This document shows, piece after piece, positions 24,545-38,673 of a DNA stretch of 64,000 nt (position 1 is the stretch's first letter; each line of letters begins with the position of its first letter). Below the pieces are notes generated by a model. It saw nothing but the letters and a program-made list of their open reading frames with translations. It was not told the origin of the DNA and ran no database searches. The position numbers and the translations under genes are program-made. Source of the stretch: the human T2T-CHM13v2.0 reference genome, Homo sapiens. The stretch lies in NCBI RefSeq assembly GCF_009914755.1, contig NC_060937.1; one strand, given 5' to 3'.

Positions 24545-26093
24545 GTAAGAGCTGCCTGGGCTAGGTTAGGAATGCCTGTTTGGACTAGAGTTTCTGAAAC
24601 CTGACTAGGCCCCTTATAATCTGAGGCTTTGTGAGTTTTCTGCGTTTTTTTTTTTTTTTTTCTGCCTTATTTGGTGTTGATTGGCCAAGCATTTACTTTG
24701 AAGCTAGAATTTTATACTTGGGAATAAAGGAGTAGCTTCTAATAGTGAAAATATAAAATCCATCAAGTCAAAAATATTGTTTCCAACCAGAGGTATGATA
24801 ATGTGATAAACATCTCTGTAGATATTTGCTTTAAAGAGAACAAGGACAGATTGCATTTAAAAAAATTTTTTTTAAAGAATACCACTTCAAAAACACTCAT
24901 TTAAAGGTAGCCCAAAAGGTGGAATGACCTCCTTACACAGACATTTCTACCTTCAAGGAGAAAACCTCGCTCAGTTACCTGAGCCTCTTTACCATGTTAG
25001 ACACATGTAATTCACATTTTAATTATACTCAGCATCTGCAGTGAGTTATGGGAGACCCCTCCTTCTCCATACCTGCTTCCACTGGGCCTGCTCACGCTGC
25101 CTCTCCTCACAGATACCCTGGTGGAGCATACAGGGCTGGATGCCTGAAAGTAGAAAGGCAGAGTCCTCTCTGTTCCTTCCTAGAAGACAACCCTGTTTTG
25201 GAATATGCTTTCCTGATTTCTTAGTAAACTGCAGCACTTTGATGCTGTAAAAAGCCTCATGATCAGCTAGCACCAGCTCCTGTCCTGCCATTTGCAAACA
25301 AAGGGCCCAGTTAACCTTCACTGGGTGAGGCCATCCTCCCCTGAGGGCAGCCCCGAGGGGTGAGAGGAGCCTGAGGGAGGAAGGCCCGTTCAGAGACAGA
25401 CAGGGCTGCTGTTCCCGGAGGTCCAAGGGATGTCACTGCTTCTCTATTGTGGACATTTGTCCAAGCTGTACTGTCTTGATAAAAGAGTTTGAGAGCATTT
25501 CAAAAGCGCAGGTCTTAAAACAGATCTCCAGGTGAATTTCACAGCCCCCTTCCCCAGAGCACAGACGCAGAGTACCCCACACAGTGTTCAGGTGCCCAGC
25601 CTTGCTCTGGGGTAGGGTGGGGGCAGGCATTGCAACGCTCCGACATTTGCTGAACGACTGGGTCACAGTAGCTTGGCTGATTTTCTGTTCCTGTCACTCC
25701 CTGGAGATGTGGGTCTGAGGTGAGCTCTGGCACCAAGTCTACCTCTCTGGCATTGGCTAGAGCCTCCGTGTCAGGCCAGAGTCAACCTCTCGTAACCTTT
25801 CCAAAGCCAATTATCACAACACAGATTCAGAAATTAAGGGAGAAGTTCAAAGCCCAAATTGTGCCAGAAGGAGCCTTCGCAAGGCAGTCTGAGGCCAAGC
25901 AGTCGCAGGCAGTTTCTTCATTTACTCACCAGGGAAGCTGAAGCCCGGCATTCCTGAAACAAAGATAGCTTTTCTTTTCCTTCCCATGTTGTTCTGAAGT
26001 AGGTTTTAGCCAATCCCAAAAAATCTCAAATCAACAAATTTTTAGCCCTAAATAATGATGGGCCCAATTACCTGCTCTCTGCCAAGCATACGA

Positions 26094-26094
<1 letters not shown>

Positions 26095-26133
<39 letters not shown>
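26095..26133 (+). repeat. Pure A39 homopolymer
   Basis: 39 consecutive A with no adjoining Alu or L1 body recognised. Confidence 0.95.
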
Positions 26134-26135
<2 letters not shown>

Positions 26136-26730
26136 ATAACACAATTCTTCACTGAATCTCCTGGATTTCTTAGTCCAGGCACCCTCAGAGACATATGCTT
26201 AGATCCTACGTCTGCTTCTATAGAAAATACAAAGGAACGTAGCTCTGGAAAGGAGGGAGCGTGAGATTCTGAGCCAGAAATGTTCCTGATAGACTTTGAA
26301 AATGATTTGGAAGTTCTTGCTGACTATCTCCCTGCTATGAAGCCGCCCCGAGTTAGATGTGAAGACTAAAGTGGAAGCCTTCAGCAGCCTGTCCTCACCA
26401 GCCTGCTCCTCTGTCTTCCACTCTACCCTGGGCTGCGACCCTGAGCAGAGCAGCCAGCTGCAGTGTTACTCCATTGCTGGAGGGCTCCTCTGTGAACCCA
26501 CAGGAAGGTCCCTGCCTCACAGTGGGTGACGGTGCATCCTCCACCTGCTGAGTGGTGTGACCTCCACACCTGCTGGGACGCATGGTGGCTTGAACCTCAC
26601 TGTCTCCACTTTGCCCAGCAGCAATCTTGCCTTTCTCCCCCCACCTCAAGACACCCACCACCTACCTCTGTGGCTTCACAGGGCAGATGCCCTGTTAAGT
26701 TGTGGTGCCTGTCCCCAGCACTGTTTAGGG

Positions 26731-27048
26731 TTTTTTTTGTTTTTTGTTTGTTTGTTTTTGTTTTTTTTTTTGACGGAGTCTCGCTCTGTCACCCAGGCTG
26801 GAGTGCAATGCCAAGATCTTGCTCACTGCAACATCCGCCTCCTGGGTTCAAGCGATTCACCTCCCTCAGCCTCCTAGTAGGTGGGACTACAGGTGCCCAC
26901 CACCAAGCCCGGCTAATTTTTGTATTTTTAGTAGAGACGGGGTTTCACCATGTTGGCCAGACTGGTCTCGAACTCCTGGCCTCAAGTGATCCGCCTACCT
27001 CGGCCTCCCAAAGTGCTGAGATTACAGGCGTGAGCCACCGCTCCCAGC
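26731..27048 (-). mobile_element. AluS
   Basis: T/TTTG tail, gacggagtctcgctctgtcacccaggctgg...gagccaccgctcccagc. Confidence 0.95.
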
Positions 27049-27624
27049 ACATGTTATTAAAGTCATGGACACCACCAAGTGCTCAGCTTCAGAACAGCCA
27101 TGACTGTAACTGTTAGACCCAGGAATGGGAAGAGGAAAAAGAGTCTTCAGGGCCACCAAGTTCTTTTGCTGCAAATCTTGAAAGGTTATCAGAAGCATAA
27201 AATTGATTATCTTCACCCACACCCAGCAACCACACACACGCACTCCTGACTTAGGGAAAGTTATATGCTGTCGAAGAACCAGCGGTAGCAAATGCTTTTC
27301 CTCACCAGTGAGTTCAGAAAATCCTGCATTTATCTGGCCCAAAGTCCGCATCTCAGATAAAGTCTGAACGTGATAACTGCAGACCAACAGCAGTCCTATC
27401 CCAAAGCTCAGTCAAAGCCACTCTCAAGCCAGAGAACAGACAGGACTCAGACAGGGTCAGAACACAACAGTGCAACATCACTGAGGAAGTAAACAAGTCA
27501 CCAAAGAAACACCAGAGAAATTCGTGGACAATATTCCAGGCATTACCATGTTAGGGCTAGCATGTTAAAAGACAGCATATTGTATTGGTGTGTTTTTTTA
27601 AATTCTTACTGAAAAGTTAGAAAA

Positions 27625-28028
27625 TGAGGAAACAAAATGTGGTATATATCTCTTTAATGGAATATTATTTAGTCATAAAAAAGAAATGAAGTGCTAGCAC
27701 ACACTACAACGTGCATGAACCTTTAAACATTACGTTAAGTGAAAGAAGCCAGACACAACATATAACGTATGATTCCATTTATATGAAATATCCAGAGTAC
27801 CCAAGTCAATCATGACAGGAAGTGGACTAGTAGTTGTAAGGGACTAGGAGTCAAGAGAAATGGGGTGTCATGGCTATGGGGCTTCTCTTTGGGATGATAG
27901 AACATTCTGAAATTAGATGGTGAAGATGGTTGCCAACTCTGTGAATACACGAACAACTACTGAACTACACTCCTTTTAAAAGTTGGTATCATGATATGTG
28001 AATTACATCTTTATGGTGATAAAATAAA
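27625..28028 (+). mobile_element. L1MB-like 3' end
   Basis: aacaaaatgtggtatat...atggaatattatt...aagtgaaagaagccagacacaa...tatgattccatttatatgaaatatccaga. Confidence 0.85.
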
Positions 28029-30283
28029 TGAGGGGCGGTGGCAGAAAGAAACAGAAATGAATTCCCTTATCCAATATGTCTTCACATCGGCCTTCATGTT
28101 GAGCCACTTTTATGCAGCAATCTGAGACAAAGGCCACTAGGACTTGGATGGGTACCCAATGTTACAATGAAACCTTCAAGAGGACCTAGTTAACTCAGTT
28201 TCCTGGCTAGCTGACATGTCCCTCTTTGAGTTTTAGTTTTAATGAACCTGCTAATTCCAGTGGAACTAAGGCCTCTAGAAAGAACTGCCAACTTGGTCAA
28301 GACCTTAGTAGTCTGAATAACGTTGGCCTGGAAACCATGCACGTTTACCTATTTTGTAACAAAACCCCAACTCAATGAAATGTGTTTGTCTTTAACTAGT
28401 CTCAGGGGATTTACATTTTGCCATCTATAGGGCAGGGTTTCCTGGCCAACTTGAGCTGGATTTGCAGGCAAGCAGATTTCCCAACCTAGGTACTCTAGCT
28501 TTGTGTTCCCTTATGCACTTTTCCAATGACCGGATGATGGCAAGCCCCCTGGCTCAGATCCCCAAATTTCCACATCAGTAAATGTTGAGAAAGAAATTAT
28601 ATTTCTTAATTGCTTAGAAACCGAAGACATACAGGGGAAATGGCATCGTGTCCTACACTCGTGGATCTTGAAGACATGAAACAGACCTAATAAAATAAGA
28701 ATATAAACAGACAACAGAGATTTCGTCTCTCCCAATCGTCAGGCATTTCAGTGGATCTGTGCTCCTTGTGAGCCGCTCTACGGTGGTTAAGTCAAAGAAA
28801 AAAAGCACACTTCCCAGGGCGACAACGGACTCTCTATTAGAACCTGTATAGTTTCCTAGTTTTCCCTTGTTTATACCTAGTTTCCCATTATTATCTACAA
28901 AGATGTTTGCCAGTTCCAGTCCTTAATGATCCATGCATACATTCCTCTCTGGGTTCTGACCTCTCTCCCTTCAGTCTCACCTCTGCATCCTGCCTAATTG
29001 TGGCTTATCCTTCAGCTTTGCCCTGTTGATTCTTGATGCCAATTCCTGGAGAGGCTAATCCTCAACTCTCTCATCTCTCAAAAGAAATAAACAAATGAAT
29101 TCCTTCCACATTCTGCTGACCATAATCACTGAAGGATGTGCACAGCGAGGGCTAATTGCTTGCTGGCTGGCTGGTTGTTTGATTGGTTGGTTGGTTTGTC
29201 TCTATCTCAGCAATCTCTGATTAATTCATCGTTCCCTCTTCTAAATTCTAGGACCTGGAAAAAAATGCCTGCCACATACGAGAAATTTAACAACTATATG
29301 CTAGATGAATGACGGTTAACAGAACTTTGTGGCTTAAATTTGAGACACAAAACTATGTTGTAGGCTCTACGGATCCTTAAATGTAAGAACTGGGTTTTTT
29401 GTTTATTTGACTTGGTTTTTGTCCCAACATCTCTACCCAAACTCTATGCTTGGTGTGCCCAAGCATAGAGCTAGGAGACAGGACACTTGGGCTTGAATCC
29501 TGGCTGCCACAGGTCTTTTGATGACCTCAGATAGGGGATGCGTCCTCTCAGATGGACAGTCAGCTACATAGAAGCAGAAACTGACAAGGGACTCAAGGAG
29601 GAAGCTCCAACTTGAATTTCAGCCTAAAGGACAGTGCAATGAGTATCTCCTGGATTCCCAGTTTCTGGGACCATGTGTGCTCCCCACACTTCTTGGAAAT
29701 CATCTGTTGATGAATCTGGCTTCTTCACTGGAGTATGAGCCCCTGATAATGAAGGCTGAGTCTTGTTTACCTCCAGGCCTGCACATAGTAGGCACATAAT
29801 GAACAGCTGCAGACAAGCTGAACTTCAAACATCATTTGAAGGAGAGTAAAGTCTGAGTCAGATCTTTAGTATCAGTTGTTTCCTGTTAAAAATAACATCT
29901 TTTATTTGAAAAACTGTTTCAAGATTGTCTGCCAGGGTAAAAGTCAAGTCAAGTTCCTTGCTGTTCCCAGTGTAAGAATAACATGAGTAAAATTCACAGT
30001 ATAACCCGCTGGGACTCTCAGAAATCTCCTTGTTCTTTCCTTAAGGCTCATGATGCCATAGTAAAGACTATGAACAACCAATTCCATGAATTCTATTACA
30101 AAACTAAAAATAAACAGGGCAGTGCTGTGTAATTTTTTAAAGGCACTATGAGTATACCAGATAAATAGTCTTTGTTGGCAGTAGGAATAAAAACTTCCAA
30201 TACTCCTGCAAAGTTATAAGCAAAATTTGTTAGCTTCATTTTTTTTATTTTGCAGAGCAATTCTATTATTATTGAATAGCATG

Positions 30284-30638
30284 TGATGTGGTTTGGCTCT
30301 GTGTCCCCACCTAAATCTCATCTCTAATTGTAATCCCCCTGTGTCAAGGGGGGGACATACCTGGTGGGAGGTGATTGGATCACAGAGGAGGTTTCCCACA
30401 TGCTGTTCTCATGATAGTGAGTTCTCATGGTTTAAAAGTGGCAGTTTTCCCTGCACGCTCTCTCTCTCCTGCCGCCATGTAAGACTTGCCTTGCTTCCTC
30501 TTCATCTTCCACCATGATTGTAAGTTTCCTGAGGCCTCCCCAGTCATGCAGAACTGTGAGTCAATTAAGCCTTCTTTCTTTATAAATTACCCAGTCTCAG
30601 GTAGTATCTTTCAAGCAGTGTGAACATGGGCAAATACA
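30284..30638 (+). mobile_element. THE1D/MSTA-like solo LTR
   Basis: tgatgtggtttggctctgtgtccccacc...ccatgattgtaagtttcctgaggcctcccc...ataaattacccagtctcagg...aataca. Confidence 0.93.
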
Positions 30639-30649
30639 TCACGCCATGA

Positions 30650-30860
30650 TGATAATTACCGTTTTTAAGTGCTTATGCCTGTTAAGAGCTGTTTTACTCA
30701 TATTACCTCAGTGGAACTCTCCCATTCCTCAGTAAGGTAGCCACTGGTATCACCTCTATTTTGACAGGTGATGACACCTGTACACAGATCTGGTAAGTGT
30801 GAGGATTGAAATTTAACTCAGGCTGTCTTGTCCTAGCACTCCCACCTCCACATGAACCTC
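30650..30860 (-). mobile_element. MIR
   Basis: tatcacctctattttgacaggtga...ggattgaaatttaactcaggctgtct. Confidence 0.6.
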
Positions 30861-31294
30861 TTAGCACTGCCACAATAATCAAAGCACAGCTGTCAGAGAT
30901 GGCAACCCAGGGCAAGATGATTTTTTTATTCTACATTTTGTATATTGAACCTTTAGAGCATTAAACAGTAAATGCCAGAGCCCAACTTATAAGGTCTATG
31001 AAAAGGTCAAAGTCTCCTTTTACTTCATCACCACTGGAGAAAAACCTAAACAATAATAGTAACCAAAGTCCATGTCTTCTTTTAGAAGACCAAAATTTTG
31101 AGTTCCTCTATTATGAGTCTTTGATGGAGACCTGCTTAATTTTCTTTCTGGGGATTTACAACAAATCTATTTTTTTTTAATTCTTCATTCTCTGTTTTTG
31201 TAATGGTTTTAAGGGATAATTACTATTTTTTAAAAAAAACTTAATGAGTTACAGAACAGTGATCTCTACTTAAAATTTTGGTACACTGCTTTCA

Positions 31295-31525
31295 CTGGTA
31301 ACAGTATGGGTTCGTGCTCCAACCCCAGCTCTGCCACTTACAGAACACTGGGGACCTGGGCCAAGTTATTCAACTTCTCTTTACCTCAGTGTTCTCTGTA
31401 AAATGGGAATAACAATAGAACTTCTGGTATTAGGCTGTTATGAGGATTAAAAAAAATTCATATTTACAAATTGCTTAGAAGAGTGCCTGGCATATAATAA
31501 GTGGCTCTGAAGGTGTTTGTTGGAT
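31295..31525 (+). mobile_element. MIR
   Basis: cccagctctgccacttac...caagttattcaacttctct...cctcagt...tgtaaaatgggaataacaatag...tgaggattaaa. Confidence 0.85.
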
Positions 31526-31689
31526 AAAAAACAACTTTTGTGGTAATTTTGGGCTGGAGGAAGGACAAACAAGCAAACGTGCTGAGCCGAGAAGACTCAG
31601 GCCGCACACCTCCCGTTGGTGGTGCACATTATAGATCCTGCCAGAACTGAAGAGAGAAGCTCACACATAGGGTGAAAAGACTGGGCTTG

Positions 31690-32460
31690 AAGTAAGGTTT
31701 TGCTAGGGAGAATCAGATTAGAACTGCATTTCAGAAAATCTGATCTGGCAGGGATGGATTGGAGAAACAAAAAACTGGAGGTAGAAAAGAATAGCCAGGA
31801 GTTAGAGGTACAACCCATCTGTGAATCAAGGGAACCCAAAGGCAGATGGGGTTGGAATGAGGGTGAAACAGAGAGAAGGGAATGGGAGGGTTGGGGGGAG
31901 GCACTGGGGTAACTCTCAGGCCGAGAATTGGGCAGCAAGGGCTCAAGGCTTCTGCAAGAAACAGGTAAAAGGGGAGCTCATTTGAAAGCAAGGTTGAGTT
32001 CAAATGCTTTGAATAGTTTATGTCAAAGGCAAGGGTGGGGGTTCAGGTGGAGATGGATACCGTGCAGTTGAAAACATGGACTAGGGTTCAGCAGTCAGAG
32101 GGATTAAACTGGGGATGTGGAAGTCGTTTGCCTAGAAATGAAAGTTGACATCTTAGAATGGATGCAATTGGCTTAGATTGAGGAAAGACTAGATGAGAAA
32201 AGAGGGTTAAGGGAAAAGCCTGAGAGAACAACATTTAGGGGTTGGGAAGGAGAAAAAGAACCAGTGGAAGCAAGAGAGATGAAGCAAAAGAGCCTCAGGA
32301 TGGAGCTTTCCGGAAATGGAGAGTTTCCACTGGGTCAGACTCTGCAGAAACTGCAGAGGCTAATAGATTAAGAAAGCCATCAGACTGGGCAGTAATGTGG
32401 TTCCTAGTGACACTCAGCAAGCAACGTCAGTCATTCAAGGAGATGGGGTGAGTAGATGAT
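31690..32460 (-). mobile_element. L2 fragments
   Basis: Purine-rich L2-like text (atcagattagaactgcatttcagaaaatc; gttgagttcaaatgctttg; gcagtaatgtggttcctagtgac); approximate. Confidence 0.6.
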
Positions 32461-32466
32461 AAGAAA

Positions 32467-32556
32467 GTAGATAAATCCAAGCTTCCCAAACTGCAGAGGA
32501 TAGGCCTATGGTTCCCAAACTACAGTGGATAGATCTATGGTTCCCAAATTACAGTA
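32467..32556. repeat. Degenerate 29-bp tandem repeat, ~3 copies
   Basis: ttcccaaa(c/t)t(g/a)cag at 32483, 32512 and 32541. Confidence 0.8.
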
Positions 32557-32795
32557 CCTAGTTCTCATAGCTTTTTACGGGCACGCTTACTCCCACACCC
32601 ATCTCACTGGCCATGATTTAATCAGAAGACCACAAATAAGTGTAAGCAAGACTAGGAGATGCAGCCTTTATCCCAGATGATGACGCACTCAGCTAAGCAC
32701 TGAGAATTCTGCACCTAGGAAGGAAAACGGACATCTGGTAGACCTCAGCTTCCTCTGCCTCATGTTGGGACAGATTATTTATTAAGAAATCCAAA

Positions 32796-33109
<314 letters not shown>

Positions 33110-33435
33110 TCAATGGGCAGGAAGGGATAAGGGATTGGCTGTAAATTGGGGGATGGCAAAAATCAAAAGTTAGTCTTTTGTTTTCTTTTTGCTTTTTTAT
33201 TGTTTTGTCTTTTCCTCATAATTTGGGATCTGTCTAAATATATAGGTAAAACAACAGAGAAACACAGCAGGGGTGCTACTGAGAAAGATTCCTAAAGAGA
33301 TGGGAAGGAGAAACTCCAATCCAAATTCCATACATGCAAGGTTATTTTTTAAGTCTTGAGAACAGATAAAGTAAAAAGTGTTGCTTTGATAGACTAGTCA
33401 GAAATTTAAAGTTTCTATACATGCAGAATAATATA

Positions 33436-34156
<721 letters not shown>

Positions 34157-34469
34157 TTTAAGAACAGTTATGACAATGTTTCTATTTAAAAACAAATTCC
34201 ATTGTTATATAATTTCCTACCTAATGCTATAAAATCCCCAATTTCATTCATTGAGGTTCTCTATAAAAATTTAAAATGTAATTAATACTTCTGTACTTCT
34301 GTCAAACATTTTATATATTTGCTTTGGAAAGTTTCCTTATCCATATACATCTGAACACAAATTGGCAACCAATTTTACTAAAGCCAATTTTACATAAGGA
34401 CAGAGAAATTATGTTAAAATTCAAGGTCAACATTCAAATTCTGAATCTTAATCAAGAGTAATTATGAAA

Positions 34470-35017
34470 GCAAATGTTATGTATCACATGGAAAGCTGTA
34501 TAGGAATGTACGGAGCAGCTTTATTCATCATCACCCAATGGCCCAATGGTGGAATCAGCCCAGGCATCCTTAACAGCTGATTGGTGAAACAAACCATGGT
34601 ACCTCCCTACTGAGGACTGCCGTTCAGAAACGCAAAGGAACCAAGTACTAATACAACACGTTGAATGAATCTTCAGAAAATTATGCTGAGTGGAAAAATC
34701 TAATTCTCAAAGATGACATATGATTCTTTTTTTGTAACGTTTCTGAAATGACAAAGTTTTAGAAATGGAAGACAGATTACGGTACCCAGAAGTTAGGGAT
34801 GGGGGAAGTGGGGTGAGAGGGAAGAGGCTATGGAATTGTTCAGTGTCTTGACTCTGGTAGTGAATATAAAAACTTACACAGGAGAGAAGTGGATAGAACT
34901 TAACACACACAGAGACACACACATACACATGCACACACGTGTGCACACAGGCACGTGTACACACATGCATGTGCACACATGTATACACATGCAGGCACAC
35001 ACTCGCAAATACACATG

Positions 35018-35048
<31 letters not shown>

Positions 35049-35225
35049 TACTGGCACTACTGAGGAAATCTGAATAAAATCAGTGGACTGTGTCAACGCC
35101 CATATCCTGGCTGTAATAGTTCCACCATGTTTTTGCAAAATATCACCATGGGGGCAAGTGGGTACCTCAAGTCTCTCTGTATTATTTCTTGCAACTGCAG
35201 GTGAATCTACAATTATCTAAATGAA
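34470..35225 (+). mobile_element. L1MD-like 3' end containing a compound CA repeat (34902-35049)
   Basis: gaaatctgaataaaatcagtggactgtgtcaa...tctctctgtattatttcttgcaactgcaggtgaatctacaattatct. Confidence 0.8.
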
Positions 35226-35547
35226 AATAATTATCTAAATGAAAAGTCAATTATCTAAATGACTATTTTTGTAATGAAAAATAGTCATCTCGAGCCTTGG
35301 CTTTATGTATTATTAAACCTATTTATTTTGAAAACAATTTTTATACTTTTTAACTACAGAGCTGTGATGAAATGCAATACAAATATTATAAATATTATTT
35401 TTTTAACACATCAATTAGTCACCACAAAGACAAAAAGCAGAGTTAAAAGGAAAAGTCAAAGAGGAAATGCTATTCTAGGAAACTAAAATAGCAAAACAAC
35501 ATCCAGGTAGATTAGAGATGAGAAAGAAGACTAAAGAGAATCCACTC

Positions 35548-35594
35548 AGATAGATAGATAGATGATAGATAGATAGATAGACAGACAGACAGAT
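35548..35594. repeat. Compound STR (AGAT)4 GAT (AGAT)3 (AGAC)3 AGAT
   Basis: Read directly. Confidence 0.95.
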
Positions 35595-35869
35595 TAAATA
35601 TTAGGTACTCTGGTCCCTGATTGAAAACTAAGATTCAAAGCCATTTATTGTGGGTTCATAAATCTCCCCTTTATAATAAAAACTCTACCTCATTATTCAA
35701 TTGATTTCATTATTTCTAGCAGACTTATAAAGGCTAAAGAAAAAAGTAGCTAATGTTGAAAACCCACAAGCCTTATTTATAAATTACATTCCAAATAGAA
35801 ATTCTTTTCCATTTATGCCTCTGAACAATTATCATATTAAATGCAAACTTTGCTCACCTCTCTCTGTAT

Positions 35870-36155
35870 CTGAATTGTCACATTGTCTCAATCAGGTTCA
35901 GCCTGACCACCCTGCTTAAGATTGCCCTTAGCGCATCACCCATATCTTTGTTTTCCTGTGTGTACAATATTTATGATATTCTACCATACTGCATTATGTA
36001 CTTATTATGTCTATAGTTTATTATCTGTCTTCTTCTTCCAGAATATAAGTTTAATAAGGCAGGGATTTTTTTTTGAAGGGGCGGGGGAGGCATACGTTAA
36101 TGTACCTGGAACATAGTAGGTGCATAATCAATATGTATTTGTTGAATGAATGAAT
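35870..36155 (+). mobile_element. L2 3' end
   Basis: gtacctggaacatagtaggtgc...tatttgttgaatgaatgaa. Confidence 0.75.
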
Positions 36156-37699
36156 TTTAGGCATTCTATGGTCCAATTTTCAGTGCAAACTTTTTAGGTA
36201 GAGACTAAAAAAGGAAATAAAACTGTGTGTAACTTCTTGTTGTTGTTGCCATTGTTGCACAGACATTGTTTTTATGGCATAAACACTCAGACTGAGGCAA
36301 GAACAAAGGAGTCGACCTTGCCATCCCTACAATAAAGTTCCTAAGCACCTATAATGGGAAAAACAGTGTGATAAATGTTGAAAAGTATTTTAAAAAACCA
36401 AGACATGGTCATGTTCTTGGCAGTTTACAGTCCAGAAGGAATGCCAAAACACATCCACAAATACCAACCCCACCAGCTATAAAATGATCAATACCATAAG
36501 AGAGATATAGGCAAATTCTACCAAAAAAAAAAAAAAAAAAAAAAAAAAGAGCTGACTCCTGAGTGGAGGGCATCTGGGACTGGATTTGAGGATGGAATAG
36601 CACTTCAGTTTATGGAGATAAGGTACTTTCTGGGAGGGAACCTTGTGGAGAAGCTGAAGCCTCAGCCCATATGGGGAGCTTTGATTGGCTTAGGAAGCAG
36701 AGATGGGACACGAAAGGGGAAGAGGTAATAACGGGTCCAGATGAGAAGGTCCAGGGACTAAATAAGGAATATCGTACATGGTGAAGAGCCAAGACGGTGT
36801 GCAGTTAACTAGAAAACACAGAATTACACAATAGTGCTAATTGTAACCTATGAACCATAGAGCCAAGGTTCAGCAATGGGGGCATGTGCCATTAGGGCCC
36901 AGAGCAGTGGTGCTGGTTGTCATGCTCAGAAGCAAGGCAAGGGTCTCCAAGCTACCTTCTCCAAGCAGAATTGTCTCCAGGTGTTTTATCAGCTCTTCCC
37001 CTGCCCTCATCAGACAAGGACATCAATGATGGTCTGTGTCGTGGAGACCCTACATACTTCCTGGATGTATTGGGGTTAGATGTGATGGGTATTAAGGGTG
37101 GAAAACAGAGTTATGTATTCACAACGGAGTTATGTATTCACATGAGATGTGTTTGCTGTAACTAACTGCACTTGGGTTCCATCGCAGTTCACCATCTCTG
37201 TTTATTTCCCGATAGAGTTCAAGGCTTAGGCTCAGTCTGCAAAGTAGAATCTACCTGGCTGTTCAGATGATGAGTAGCTGGAGCAAAACCTTGTCTTCTG
37301 GATACTTTACCAACTTTCCAGCCAGCTTCTCCACGAATCCCAACATTGCACACAAGTGAACATGTGTTTCCAAACACAAGGATGGACTGTGTTGACTGCC
37401 CATCCTCTCCAGCCACCTGTCCCTCATCCTGCACCAGGGCATGCTCTTGTGAAACAGCACACCAAGGTCAGGGGGCATGGCAGAGCTGTGAGCAGGACCA
37501 GTGGGAGCGCCACATTCCAGGCACAGGGCCTAAACAATGACATTGGCCACTTCGCCCACATCCTCCTTTTGGCTATGTGCGATGCAAAAACTTAAACAAG
37601 TTTCTGCTTTAAATTGTAAATGCAACAAATAAAAACATTTATACTAGGCTTGTATTCCAGAGTATTATTTTGTCATCTTTTTGTCAACATTTTAAGTAA

Positions 37700-38050
<351 letters not shown>

Positions 38051-38239
38051 TGATTGCTTTTTATACATAAAAACAGAAAATTTTTAAAATTAGATCAACA
38101 TACAGAAAGAGCTTTAATTTGGAAAGAATTTCCAAATTGTTCTAATAACTCCTTGTATAACATGAAAACCAGATTTATACCATAACAACGTATGTATTTG
38201 TTCATTTTGGGGATTTTGGAAGGAAAGGGGCTTTTTCCA

Positions 38240-38460
38240 TAATCGTATGTCATAATCATTGTCATCACCCACTGAACTAAACACTTACCATGCAATAGTT
38301 ATTTCATGTCTTCCTCATAGATGTCCGGGACTGATGATTTATTCATCTTATTTTCCAGCTGATGGAAATGAAGTTTAGAGTGGCCAAACACTGCGATTAC
38401 ATAGCTGACAAACCTCACGTTTATGATTCCAAATTCTATGCTTTTCCCCAAACACTGCAT
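38240..38460 (-). mobile_element. MIR
   Basis: ttattttccagctgatggaaatgaagtttagag...tttatgattccaaattctatgctttt. Confidence 0.65.
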
Positions 38461-38574
38461 TCTTTGCACATAGCCAGTGCTGGTGTGTACACACACATAC
38501 ACATAAGCACAGAGCCTGCGAAGTTCTGAACACCAAGCGGTTCACTTTAGTGCCTCCTCCTTTTCTTCTACAAG

Positions 38575-38673
38575 TTACAAGCTCCCCCCAACGTTATTTC
38601 AAGCAGAGGGTACTTCAGAACTAAAACAGTATCTGACAGTGCCTGGCTCAAACACTTCCAATTCCTTCCTAGA
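38575..38673 (+). other. Weak candidate 99-bp exon
   Basis: Long pyrimidine tract with AAG acceptor; donor AGA|GTAAGT; open frame LQAPPNVISSRGYFRTKTVSDSAWLKHFQFLPR, not a protein I recognise. Confidence 0.2.

Noticed and set aside
26526-27116. 196-aa ORF and other Alu-overlapping ORFs (e.g. 9419-9917, 32798-33106, 37733-38053, 43370-43744, 47299-47565)
   Set aside because: Typical Alu-derived peptides ([26 protein letters not shown])
35211-35262. Short local duplications (aattatctaaatga x3; also 37108-37142 and 39142-39172)
   Set aside because: Ordinary slippage micro-duplications with no further structure
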